A DNA stretch of 22,685 nucleotides from a virus (Duplodnaviria; Heunggongvirae; Uroviricota; Caudoviricetes). Numbering within the stretch: position 1 is the stretch's first letter; the number at the start of each line of letters is the position of its first letter. Below the pieces are notes generated by a model. That model made no database searches and was not told the DNA's origin. It was given only the letters and a program-made list of their open reading frames with translations. Of the stretch, positions 8,824 through 16,805 are shown one piece after another. The position numbers and the translations under genes were made by a program. Location of the stretch: the IMG/VR virus record IMGVR_UViG_2778260997_000018; one strand, 5' to 3'.

Positions 8824-8842
8824 GGCGTGGCGGGGATACGAG
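8824..8842. other. Candidate cos (cohesive end) site of the prophage
   Basis: GGCGTGGCGGGGATACGAG: the first 13 nt match my recollection of the 19-nt cohesive end of 186/P2-type phages (GGCG[T/A]GGCGGGGAAAGCA...). The position between the right-end accessory genes and the portal gene is where cos lies in P2/186 prophages. Confidence 0.35.
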
Positions 8843-8897
8843 CGCGCGCTATGTGGTATAGGCCTTAATTTAGTATGATTCAAGAGTGTCGGGATCT

Positions 8898-8926
8898 TTG
8901 CGCTGATCAGTCCTAAGTTATATGAT
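8898..8926 (+). promoter_or_regulatory. Candidate sigma70 promoter for the GHKL/STAS operon
   Basis: -35 TTGCGC (8898-8903), 17 nt spacer, -10 TATGAT (8921-8926), about 30 bp upstream of ATG 8956. Confidence 0.35.
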
Positions 8927-8955
8927 AAGAAAAATGCATAAAAAAGGTTCGGTTC

Positions 8956-9930
8956 ATGGGGTTAGGATTAAAAGACGCTATTGTGCATACCGCTGCGTTT
9001 CATCAAAAGGAAACTAATGAATTGCAATTGCCAAACAACCATTGGCATCCTGGTTTTATCACTGTCTTAGCAGCTTACGTGAATCATCACAAAATTACCG
9101 AAGATAACTGCGTTTTGTCATGCCCTGACTATATGCGAGCTATCAATTTACATGGTGCTTTATGGGGCGAGGATCAGTATCAACAGGAACGTGTAAATGT
9201 TGGAAGAAATTACAGTTTGGTTACAGCATTAACCAATGTTGAAGCTGTTGACGTTGCCACTGGTAGTATTAACAGTTGTGTAAGGCAGTTAACATTCCCT
9301 GATCGTGATCCGAGAGATTATCCCAAGGGACTTACAGATCTAACTCATGTTATAGGTGAGCTTCACGATAACGTTTGGTCGCATGGAAAATCAACGGGTT
9401 TTTCTTTTGCACAACGTTCGGCTGTACCCCACACACAAAGAAAAGAGCACTATTTAGAATTTTCTTTGGCGGACTGTGGGTTAGGATTTCTCCGAGAATT
9501 GCGGCGAGCTGGTATACCCGGAATTGAGACTCACCAGGATGCGATCGCATGGTGTATTCAAGAGGGACATTCATCTAAGCATGCTGATTTGCAGGATGAT
9601 TGGGCACAGCAACTTCCCCAGGATTTTATTGGGGGTAGTATGTTTGGTCACGGGGTTTCGGTCAAAGAAAAAGATAATAATCATCAAGGGCTTGGGTTAT
9701 ATCACTTGATGAAATTGATAAAAACATATAATGGGGAATTGCAACTGGCTTCAGGAAATGTATGCTTAGAAGCAATAGGTGATGAAGTGAGCTATACTGA
9801 ATTACGTACTAAATGGCCGGGTGTAGCAATTTCTTGCCGTTTTAAGATTCATGAACTGGCAGTCGATAAAGATAGCGAAGAAAATGACCCTCAGCTTATG
9901 GAAATAATGCGGGCGTTAGGAGGAGAGTAA
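8956..9930 (+). CDS. GHKL-superfamily ATPase/kinase-like protein (HATPase_c-like C-terminal domain; ~130 aa N-terminal domain of unknown function)
   Basis: Bergerat-fold motifs in order and correct spacing: N-box GELHDNVWSHG (aa 134-144; 9355-9387), G1 box ADCGLGF (aa 172-178; D-x-G-x-G), G2 box GLGLY (aa 245-249). Resembles RsbW/SpoIIAB-type serine kinases. AT-rich; stop overlaps the next start. Confidence 0.7.
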   Translation: MGLGLKDAIVHTAAFHQKETNELQLPNNHWHPGFITVLAAYVNHHKITEDNCVLSCPDYMRAINLHGALWGEDQYQQERVNVGRNYSLVTALTNVEAVDVATGSINSCVRQLTFPDRDPRDYPKGLTDLTHVIGELHDNVWSHGKSTGFSFAQRSAVPHTQRKEHYLEFSLADCGLGFLRELRRAGIPGIETHQDAIAWCIQEGHSSKHADLQDDWAQQLPQDFIGGSMFGHGVSVKEKDNNHQGLGLYHLMKLIKTYNGELQLASGNVCLEAIGDEVSYTELRTKWPGVAISCRFKIHELAVDKDSEENDPQLMEIMRALGGE

Positions 9931-10268
9931 TGAACAAAATCGCATACAAGTTACCCGAGGGTGACCTGGCTTCGCGCAATCAGGCTATCCCCCAACGACA
10001 CAAGATTGAAGGGTTCATTAAAGAAGGGTATACCGTAGATTTGGACCTGAGCGGTGTTTATTCAATTTCAGAATCATACTCTGATGAAATCTTTGGTGTT
10101 TTGGTAGTGAAATTCGGTGTAACCAAAGTTTTGAGTCAGGTTAAGGTTCGCAATGCATCCCCTTCAATTTTAAAAAGTATTGCAAAAGTGATCCAACGTC
10201 GTAGCAATGAAGTAGCATCAAAAAAGGTTCATTCCGTTGGATTTGATGGTTTATACGCCGTTTGTTAA
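9930..10268 (+). CDS. STAS-like small protein (anti-sigma-factor-antagonist-like / DUF4325-like), partner of the GHKL protein
   Basis: 112 aa. Segment VDLDLSGVYSISESYSDEIFGVL resembles the STAS/SpoIIAA core (LDLSGV-x-F-x-DSSG). ATG overlaps the upstream stop (TAATG) with GGAGGA 7 nt upstream, indicating translational coupling. Confidence 0.6.
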   Translation: MNKIAYKLPEGDLASRNQAIPQRHKIEGFIKEGYTVDLDLSGVYSISESYSDEIFGVLVVKFGVTKVLSQVKVRNASPSILKSIAKVIQRRSNEVASKKVHSVGFDGLYAVC

Positions 10269-10286
10269 TATATGGTTAGTTAGATA

Positions 10287-10310
10287 AAAGGCGCTGAGAT
10301 TAGCGCCTTT
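10287..10310. terminator. Bidirectional rho-independent terminator between the cargo operon and the portal gene
   Basis: AAAGGCGCT (10287-10295) / AGCGCCTTT (10302-10310) with a 6 nt loop; A-run before and T-run after, so it is functional in both orientations. Lies between convergent genes. Confidence 0.55.
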
Positions 10311-10314
10311 TCTT

Positions 10315-11352
10315 TTATTCCTGAGCACCTAAAACATAGTCATCAAAACGTATTACTTCTGCACCCACCCATTCGTTTAGTTCATGTAGTCGCTTCTGTA
10401 GTGGCATCAGTTCATTGCGGACAAATACACGACTCGCTTTCTCTACATCCCCAAACCCCCCAACATTATTCGGCATAATCCCCATCATCTGTGGCGGAAC
10501 ACGATGCGCGGCCATCATGTCATCACGACTCACGTTCTTGATGTTCAGAAATTCATCTTTCGCCGCGACTTCTGATAACGGGATAATCTGAAGTCCGTCC
10601 TTTTTGCCGTTAGGCGAGTACATAAACAGATTGCGGAAGTTACCTGGTCCTTTGGCGCTTTTCATTGCATTGCGGAGGTTGTTTACATCCTCCTGGTTTT
10701 GTGCGGCGTCGGTCATGTACATGATGAAGCCTGCATGACTGCCGTTAATGTAATACTTCCGGCGGAACAGCGTGGCGGACTCGTTGAGCAGGGCTGACGG
10801 AATGGCAGAAAGATAACCGGGCAGGCCGTAGATCTCCTGGTTGATGTCCGGTTCCATCAGATGAAAAATGCTGCCTTTCGTGAACTGATACGGCTGGGTT
10901 GTCATACCGTATTGCACAAACCAGTAGGTATCCAGGTCTAACCCGCGTCGGGTGTATTTTGCCAGAGCAGGCTCAAGGGCGATAACTTCACCGAAGCGGT
11001 TCGTGCGTTTCTCTAGGTAGGCGTTACCAAATACCAGATAGTCCTGCACAAAACGTGAAAAAGCCTGCTGGCTGAGCAGCGGGTGAGGGATGTAGGTACT
11101 GGTCAGAATGTTGCATTTCACCGCAATTGGTGAGCTGTGATGCACGGCGGCGCGGAAGGTTCGTGCCAGTCCGTCAAAGCTGACGGGCGGCTCATACCAG
11201 CGATCCATCTGTACGCATTCCACATAGTCCAGCAGTTCACGGCGGTCCAGAACAGGAACGGGATCGCCAAAGCTGAATGCTTCGGCTGAAGTTTGGCTTT
11301 TATGCTTGAGCTGATTCGTCGCCGCAGCGCGGTTTTTCTTACTCTTTCCCAT
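10315..11352 (-). CDS. Q: Portal protein (P2 gpQ family)
   Basis: 345 aa; length, sequence character and position (leftmost late gene, convergent with the cargo, upstream partner of the terminase) match P2 Q. ATG at 11352 overlaps the P stop (TGATG); the ORF track starts one codon earlier at TTG. Confidence 0.9.
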   Translation of the reverse strand: MGKSKKNRAAATNQLKHKSQTSAEAFSFGDPVPVLDRRELLDYVECVQMDRWYEPPVSFDGLARTFRAAVHHSSPIAVKCNILTSTYIPHPLLSQQAFSRFVQDYLVFGNAYLEKRTNRFGEVIALEPALAKYTRRGLDLDTYWFVQYGMTTQPYQFTKGSIFHLMEPDINQEIYGLPGYLSAIPSALLNESATLFRRKYYINGSHAGFIMYMTDAAQNQEDVNNLRNAMKSAKGPGNFRNLFMYSPNGKKDGLQIIPLSEVAAKDEFLNIKNVSRDDMMAAHRVPPQMMGIMPNNVGGFGDVEKASRVFVRNELMPLQKRLHELNEWVGAEVIRFDDYVLGAQE

Positions 11353-13118
11353 CAAAAAATCTCCACAATATTGCTGGTATTGGCGGACTCGCCCTGCAGC
11401 GGTTCATTAAACAGTGCGTGCATTGTTGCCCAGGCCAGATCGGCGTGGCTGGCTTCTTCGCTGCGGCTGGCTTCATAGGTCGGGCGGTTGCCGCTGGCAG
11501 TGGTGGCGCGACGGATTGCCATAAAGGACTGCGCTATGTCGGTGTGCCCGGCGTCAAACTCCAGGCGGCGGTGACTGATAATGTCGTAGGCCTTGAGTAC
11601 CAGAGCGTTTTTAACGTTGGGGTTGTAGACAAACTCCCGGACGGCAGGAAAAAACGCTTTCACGTTCTCGTAAACCCCGTGACCAACGCCGGTTGAGTCG
11701 ATGCCGATATAGGTCACGTTGTACTGTTCGGTCAGTTTTTTGATGGCGTCAGCCTGGGCGCGAAAGTCCATCCCGCGCCACTGGTGACGCTCAAGAATGC
11801 GGAACTTGCCGCCCGGCACGGCTGGCGGTGCCACCACCACGCATCCGGCACTGTCGCCGTTCTGCGTACCTTTCGCCGGGTCATAACCGATCCACACTTC
11901 GCGCCAGCCAAACGGGCGCAGTGCCAGTGCATGAAAGTCGGTCCAGACTTCCCAGCTGTCCACCATGCACGCCTGCAGCTCGCTGAGCGGGAACACGGAC
12001 GCGAGATCGTCCACGAACTCGCACATCAGCAGGTTCTGGTATTCGTCCGGGCTGTACTCCATGCGTAGCTGGTCGAGGTCGAACAGGTTACAGCCGCCGC
12101 GCACCGCATCTTCCACGGTGACTATCTGGCGGTATTGCCCGTCTGCGCACAGCAGGCCGGGGGCCAGATTGCTGTGGGACAGGTCGATGTCCACCTTATC
12201 GGCTTTGTTGCGCCCACGGTTGAACAGCGCACCGGACCAGAACGGATAAGCACTGTGTGTCAGACTGGATGGCGTGGAAAAATAGGTCTGTCGCCATTTT
12301 TTGTGAATAGCCATACCGGAAGCCACTTTGCGCAGCTCCTGGAATTTCGGTATCCAGAAATATTCATCCAGATACAGGTTGCCGTGGTAACTCTGGGCCG
12401 TGCGGGCATTGGTGCCGAGGAAGTAAAGCGTGGCCCCGTTGGGAAGCACCATCGGATCGCCTTTCAGTTCCACATCCACTTCTTTGGCGAAGTCGATGAT
12501 GTACTGCTTAAAGACGTGAGCCTGTGCCTTACTGGCAGAAAGGAAAATCTGGTTACGTCCGGTAAGCAGGGCGTCAATCAGGGCTTCACGGGCAAAGTAA
12601 AAGGTCGCGCCGATCTGGCGTGACTTCAGCAGGTTGCGGATGCGGTTGGTTTTTCCGGCTTCCCACCAGTGGCGCTGGTAGTTGAACATGGAGGAATGGA
12701 AGATTTCTTCCAGTTTCTCTATCTGTTCATCGGTGAAAACATTCTTTTCCGGCTGACGGCGCGGGCCTTTGTTGCGGTTGGCGACGTTAGGGTTTAAGTC
12801 GGCTTCGTTGCCGCCATTGTTAAACTTGCCGATCCGCGCGTGGCGCTCCGACTGGCGCGCCAGCAGGTCAATTTCTTTGAAATCTTTCCCTTCTTTGTGC
12901 TCCTTCATAATGAGCTGGCAGTAACGTGCGGCGGTGGTGAGCTGCATCTGATCCAGCGGCCCATAGTCACCCCACTTGTCGCGTTTCTTCCAGCTGTGAA
13001 CGGTTGCAACTTTCTCGCCCAGCATTTCAGCAATGCGGGCTACGCGGTATCCCTGAAAGTACAGCAGCATGGCCTGCCGACGGGGATCGAGATCTGCGGG
13101 TGTCAGTGTGGTGTTCAT
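11352..13118 (-). CDS. P: Terminase large subunit (P2 gpP family ATPase/nuclease)
   Basis: 588 aa (P2 P about 590 aa), start ATG at 13118. Contains a Walker A-like GATFYF and acidic nuclease motifs. Divergent from the O-N-M-L operon as in P2. Confidence 0.9.
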   Translation of the reverse strand: MNTTLTPADLDPRRQAMLLYFQGYRVARIAEMLGEKVATVHSWKKRDKWGDYGPLDQMQLTTAARYCQLIMKEHKEGKDFKEIDLLARQSERHARIGKFNNGGNEADLNPNVANRNKGPRRQPEKNVFTDEQIEKLEEIFHSSMFNYQRHWWEAGKTNRIRNLLKSRQIGATFYFAREALIDALLTGRNQIFLSASKAQAHVFKQYIIDFAKEVDVELKGDPMVLPNGATLYFLGTNARTAQSYHGNLYLDEYFWIPKFQELRKVASGMAIHKKWRQTYFSTPSSLTHSAYPFWSGALFNRGRNKADKVDIDLSHSNLAPGLLCADGQYRQIVTVEDAVRGGCNLFDLDQLRMEYSPDEYQNLLMCEFVDDLASVFPLSELQACMVDSWEVWTDFHALALRPFGWREVWIGYDPAKGTQNGDSAGCVVVAPPAVPGGKFRILERHQWRGMDFRAQADAIKKLTEQYNVTYIGIDSTGVGHGVYENVKAFFPAVREFVYNPNVKNALVLKAYDIISHRRLEFDAGHTDIAQSFMAIRRATTASGNRPTYEASRSEEASHADLAWATMHALFNEPLQGESANTSNIVEIF

Positions 13119-13154
13119 GGCACAAACCTACAGCCTTGAATGAAGGCTTTCCCC

Positions 13155-13172
13155 GCCTGCGGTTTGTGTGGT
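13155..13172 (+). promoter_or_regulatory. Late-promoter activator site (TGT-N12-ACA dyad, Ogr/B-type) for the O operon
   Basis: TGT (13155-13157) - 12 nt - ACA (13170-13172) in the P/O divergent intergenic region, about 90 bp upstream of the O start, consistent with the P2-family late-promoter element centred near -55. Confidence 0.45.
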
Positions 13173-13260
13173 TGTCGGTACAAATACCGCGCATTGTTTC
13201 ACTGCCCCCATCACCGCAACCATAAGGCTCCAGTAAGTTATTTCTAACGGAGCACGGCTC

Positions 13261-14094
13261 ATGACAGTGAAAGCAAAGCGTTTTCGCATCGGGGTGGAAG
13301 GTGCCACCACCGACGGACGCGAAATCCAGCGTGAATGGCTGGAACAGATGGCAGCCAGCTACAACCCGGCGGTGTATACCGCGCTGATTAACCTTGAGCA
13401 CATCAAGTCTTATCTCCCGGACAGCACCTTTAACCGTTACGGCAAGGTGACGGCGCTGTTTGCTGAAGAAATCACGGAAGGCCCGCTGGCAGGCAAGATG
13501 GCGCTGTATGCCGACGTTGAGCCAACGGAGTCCCTGGTGGAACTGGTGAAAAAAGGCCAGAAATTATTCACCTCTATGGAAGTCAGCCCGAAGTTCGCTG
13601 ATACGGGCAAAGCCTACCTGGTCGGCCTGGCTGCCACTGATGACCCTGCCAGTCTGGGTACGGAAATGCTGACATTCAGCGCCAGTGCAGCCCATAACCC
13701 GCTGGCAAACCGCAAGCAGAATCCCGCCAATCTCTTTACCGCCGCAGAGGAAACGGTGATCGAACTGGAAGAAATCCAGGAGGACAAACCATCCCTGTTT
13801 GCCCGTGTCACGGCGCTGTTTACCAAAAAAGAGCAGTCCGACGATGCCCGGTTCTCTGATGTGCATAAGGCCGTGGAGCTGGTCGCCACTGAGCAGCAAA
13901 ACCTGAGCGCACGCACCGAAAAATCCCTGTCTGAGCAGGAAGAACGTCTGTCTGAGCTGGAGACTGCCCTGCAGGCACAGCAGACCGCCTTTAACGAACT
14001 GGTGAATAAGCTGAGTCATGAAGACAGCCGCCAGGACTACCGCCAGCGTGCAACAGGCGGTAACGCCCCCGCTGACACTCTGACCAATTGCTGA
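13261..14094 (+). CDS. O: Capsid scaffolding protein (P2 gpO family)
   Basis: 277 aa; ...FRIGVEGATTDGREIQ...INLEHI...YLVGLAATDDPASLGTEMLTFSA... matches the conserved blocks of P2 gpO as I recall them. Confidence 0.85.
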   Translation: MTVKAKRFRIGVEGATTDGREIQREWLEQMAASYNPAVYTALINLEHIKSYLPDSTFNRYGKVTALFAEEITEGPLAGKMALYADVEPTESLVELVKKGQKLFTSMEVSPKFADTGKAYLVGLAATDDPASLGTEMLTFSASAAHNPLANRKQNPANLFTAAEETVIELEEIQEDKPSLFARVTALFTKKEQSDDARFSDVHKAVELVATEQQNLSARTEKSLSEQEERLSELETALQAQQTAFNELVNKLSHEDSRQDYRQRATGGNAPADTLTNC

Positions 14095-14110
14095 TGGAGC
14101 ACAAAACCCG

Positions 14111-15169
14111 ATGAAGAAGAATACCCGCTTTGCTTTTAACGCTTACCTGCAGCAGCTGGCGCGTCTGAACGGTGTGGCAGTTGAAGAACTGTCCAGCAAG
14201 TTCACCGTAGAGCCGTCCGTGCAGCAGACGCTGGAAGACCAGATCCAGCAGTCCGCCTCTTTCCTGACGCTGATTAACGTCACGCCAGTGACTGAGCAGT
14301 CCGGTCAGTTGCTGGGGCTGGGTGTTGGCAGCACCATTGCCGGAACCACTGATACCACCGCGAAAGAGCGAGAACCTGTCGATCCGACGCTGATGGTCGA
14401 TGTGGAATACAAATGCGAACAGACCAACTTTGACACGGTGCTGACCTACGCGAAGCTGGACCTGTGGGCGAAGTTTCAGGATTTCCAGGTGCGTATCCGT
14501 AACGCCATCGTGAAACGTCAGGCACTGGACCGCATCATGATCGGCTTTAACGGCGTGAAGCGTGCGAAAACCTCCAACCGTAGCGAAAACCCGCTGCTGC
14601 AGGATGTGAACAAAGGCTGGCTGCAGAAAATCCGTGAGGATGCACCGGATCACGTCATGGGCAGCACCACCACGGGCGGTGAAACCACACCGGGCGCGGT
14701 GAAAGTCGGGAAAGGTGGCGAATATGCCAACCTGGACGCCGTAGTGATGGATGCCGTCAATGAGCTTATCGATGTGGTCTACCAGGACGATGACGATCTG
14801 GTGGTGATTTGCGGTCGTGAACTGCTGTCTGACAAGTATTTCCCGCTGGTCAACAAAGAGCAGGAAAACAGTGAAAAACTGGCTGCCGATATGATCATCA
14901 GTCAGAAACGCATGGGTGGCCTGCAGGCGGTGCGTGCGCCGTTCTTCCCGCCGAATGCGCTGCTGATCACCCGTCTGGATAACCTGTCCATCTACTGGCA
15001 GGAAGACACCCGCCGCCGTTCAGTTATCGACAACCCGAAACGTGACCGGATTGAAAATTTTGAATCCGTTAACGAAGCCTATGTGGTTGAGGACTATCGC
15101 TGCGCTGCACTGGTGGAAAACATCCAGATTGGTGACTTCAGCGCCGCCGCAGCAGAAACCGGAGCGTAA
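14111..15169 (+). CDS. N: Major capsid protein (P2 gpN family)
   Basis: 352 aa; TRFAFNAYLQQLARLNG...KFTVEPSVQQTL...RIRNAIVKRQALDRIMIGFNGVKRA...VEDYRCAALVENIQIGDFS matches P2 gpN along its length. Confidence 0.9.
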   Translation: MKKNTRFAFNAYLQQLARLNGVAVEELSSKFTVEPSVQQTLEDQIQQSASFLTLINVTPVTEQSGQLLGLGVGSTIAGTTDTTAKEREPVDPTLMVDVEYKCEQTNFDTVLTYAKLDLWAKFQDFQVRIRNAIVKRQALDRIMIGFNGVKRAKTSNRSENPLLQDVNKGWLQKIREDAPDHVMGSTTTGGETTPGAVKVGKGGEYANLDAVVMDAVNELIDVVYQDDDDLVVICGRELLSDKYFPLVNKEQENSEKLAADMIISQKRMGGLQAVRAPFFPPNALLITRLDNLSIYWQEDTRRRSVIDNPKRDRIENFESVNEAYVVEDYRCAALVENIQIGDFSAAAAETGA

Positions 15170-15172
15170 TTC

Positions 15173-15823
15173 ATGAGCCTGAGTCCCGCACGGCAGCATC
15201 GCCTGCGCGTTCAGGCTGAACAGGCCGCCCGCGAGGGTGGCAGTGTTCGCCACGCGTCGGGCTATGACCTGATGCTGCTGCAACTGGCGGAAGACCGCCG
15301 CCGTCTCAAGGGCGTTCAGTCCACGGTCAAAAAAGCGGAAATCAAGGTGGAGCTGCTGCCGAAATATGCCGCCTGGGCGGAGGGCGTTCTGGCTGCCGGA
15401 GGCGCTCAACAGGATGACGTGCTGATGTACGTGATGCTGTGGCGCATTGATGCCGGAGATTATGCAGGGGCGCTGGAGATCGGGCGTCATGCCCTGCGTC
15501 ATGGCTGGGTGATGCCGCTGGGTAACCGCAACGTGCAGACCGTGCTGGCAGAGGAAATGGCAGACGCGGCGCAGAGCGCAATGCTTGCCGCCACCGGCTT
15601 TGATGCCGATCTGTTGCTGCAGACGCTGGAGCTGACAGACGGTCTGGATATGCCGGACCAGTCACGGGCGCGTCTGCATAAAGCGATTGGCGCTGTCCTG
15701 AGTGAAAGCAACCCGGCTTCCGCCCTTAATCATCTCAACCATGCGTTACAGCTCGATCCTCGCTGTGGCGTGAAAAAAGACAAACAGCAGCTGGAGCGCA
15801 GATTGCGCAATGACAGCCGCTGA
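15173..15823 (+). CDS. M: Terminase small (endonuclease) subunit (P2 gpM family)
   Basis: 216 aa; ...RHASGYDLMLLQLAEDRRRLK...QQDDVLMYVMLWRIDAGDYAGALEIGRHALRHG... matches P2 gpM. Confidence 0.85.
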   Translation: MSLSPARQHRLRVQAEQAAREGGSVRHASGYDLMLLQLAEDRRRLKGVQSTVKKAEIKVELLPKYAAWAEGVLAAGGAQQDDVLMYVMLWRIDAGDYAGALEIGRHALRHGWVMPLGNRNVQTVLAEEMADAAQSAMLAATGFDADLLLQTLELTDGLDMPDQSRARLHKAIGAVLSESNPASALNHLNHALQLDPRCGVKKDKQQLERRLRNDSR

Positions 15824-15918
15824 CAGAACGTGCCCCCGCGCACGGGCGGCACGGGGTGGCGAAAGGCACTGCCACATCAAAACCCCGTCCACCGCCCTCT
15901 ATTTCAGGAGAAAGCAGC

Positions 15919-16383
15919 ATGAAGTTTGTTGCGCCAGAACAGGCACCGGAACAGGCGGAAATCATCAGGAATACGCCGTTCTGGCCTGATGTGGACCTGT
16001 CGGAGTTTCGCAGCGTGATGCGCACTGACGGCACGGTGACGCAGCCGCGTTTAAAGCAGGTTGCGCTGTCGGCAATTTCGGAGGTCAACGCAGAGCTGTA
16101 TGAGTTTCGCAGACGCCAGCAGATGCTGGGGTATGCCTCGCTGGCAGAAGTTCCGGCGGAACAGCTGGACGGCAAAAGTGAGCGCATTCAGCACTATTTC
16201 AACGCGGTTTACTGCTGGGCACACGCCATGCTCAACGAACGATACCAGGACTATGACGCCACGGCGTCCGGTGTGAAGCGGGGCGAGGAACTGGCGGAAG
16301 CAAGCGGTGATTTGTGGCGTGACGCCCGCTGGGCCATCAGCCGGGTGCAGGATGCGCCGCACTGCACAGTGGAGCTTATCTGA
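15919..16383 (+). CDS. L: Head completion/stabilisation protein (P2 gpL family)
   Basis: Conserved block NTPFWPDVD...AISEVNAELYEFR...LWRDARWAISRVQ matches P2 gpL. ATG 15919 has CAGGAG 8 nt upstream; an in-frame GTG at 15856 is an alternative start. Confidence 0.8.
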   Translation: MKFVAPEQAPEQAEIIRNTPFWPDVDLSEFRSVMRTDGTVTQPRLKQVALSAISEVNAELYEFRRRQQMLGYASLAEVPAEQLDGKSERIQHYFNAVYCWAHAMLNERYQDYDATASGVKRGEELAEASGDLWRDARWAISRVQDAPHCTVELI

Positions 16384-16586
16384 TGAAAGTGCGTGCGCAT
16401 CAGTATGACACGGTGGACGCGCTTTGCTGGCGTCATTACGGGCGCACGCAGGGGGTCACGGAGCAGGTACTGAAGGCAAATCCGGGGCTTGCCGAATACG
16501 GCCCCTTTTTACCTCACGGGCTGCAGGTGGAGCTGCCGGACATTCCGACCACCACCACCGTGCAGACCGTCCAGCTATGGGACTGA
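16383..16586 (+). CDS. X: Tail protein X (P2 gpX family, LysM-like)
   Basis: 67 aa; MKVRAHQYDTVDALCWRHYGRTQGVTEQVLKANPGLAEYGPFLPHG matches P2 gpX. Start overlaps the L stop. Confidence 0.8.
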   Translation: MKVRAHQYDTVDALCWRHYGRTQGVTEQVLKANPGLAEYGPFLPHGLQVELPDIPTTTTVQTVQLWD

Positions 16587-16589
16587 ATT

Positions 16590-16805
16590 ATGACGCTTGA
16601 GCGAATCAGCGCCTTTATCACGTATTGCATCGCCGTCGTGCTGGCCTGGCTGGGCGATTTGTCCATCAAGGATGCCTCAACGCTGGGTGGCCTGATGATT
16701 GGTGTGCTGATGCTGGCTATCAACTGGTACTACAAACACAAAGCCTACCAGCTTCTGCGCGACGGGCAGATCTCGCGGGAGGACTATGAATCCATCAATC
16801 GTTAA
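16590..16805 (+). CDS. Putative holin (71 aa, two transmembrane segments)
   Basis: Two hydrophobic helices (SAFITYCIAVVLAWLG; LGGLMIGVLMLAINWYY) and a charged C-terminus. Located immediately upstream of the endolysin, in the position of P2 Y. Confidence 0.6.
   Translation: MTLERISAFITYCIAVVLAWLGDLSIKDASTLGGLMIGVLMLAINWYYKHKAYQLLRDGQISREDYESINR

Noticed and set aside
8614-8868. 84-aa + strand ORF between the HNH gene and the GHKL gene
   Set aside because: It overlaps the HNH 3' end, reads through the terminator hairpin and the cos-like sequence, and has no convincing RBS; most likely a non-coding intergenic region.
12135-12623. 162-aa + strand ORF inside the terminase gene (and other + ORFs at 11418-13225)
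   Set aside because: Antisense to terminase large subunit P, whose identity is well supported.
13991-14653. 220-aa minus-strand ORF (and neighbouring minus-strand ORFs at 13027-13401, 13564-14019, 15020-15502, 15735-16187)
   Set aside because: They are antisense to the strongly supported O, N, M and L genes in GC-rich sequence, where long spurious reverse frames are common; there is no room for them in the conserved P2-type gene order.
15851-15870. Second cos-like sequence (GGTGGCGAAAGGCAC) in the M-L intergenic region
   Set aside because: Only a partial resemblance to the cohesive-end sequence, and located inside the head-gene operon where no P2-type phage has cos; judged coincidental.
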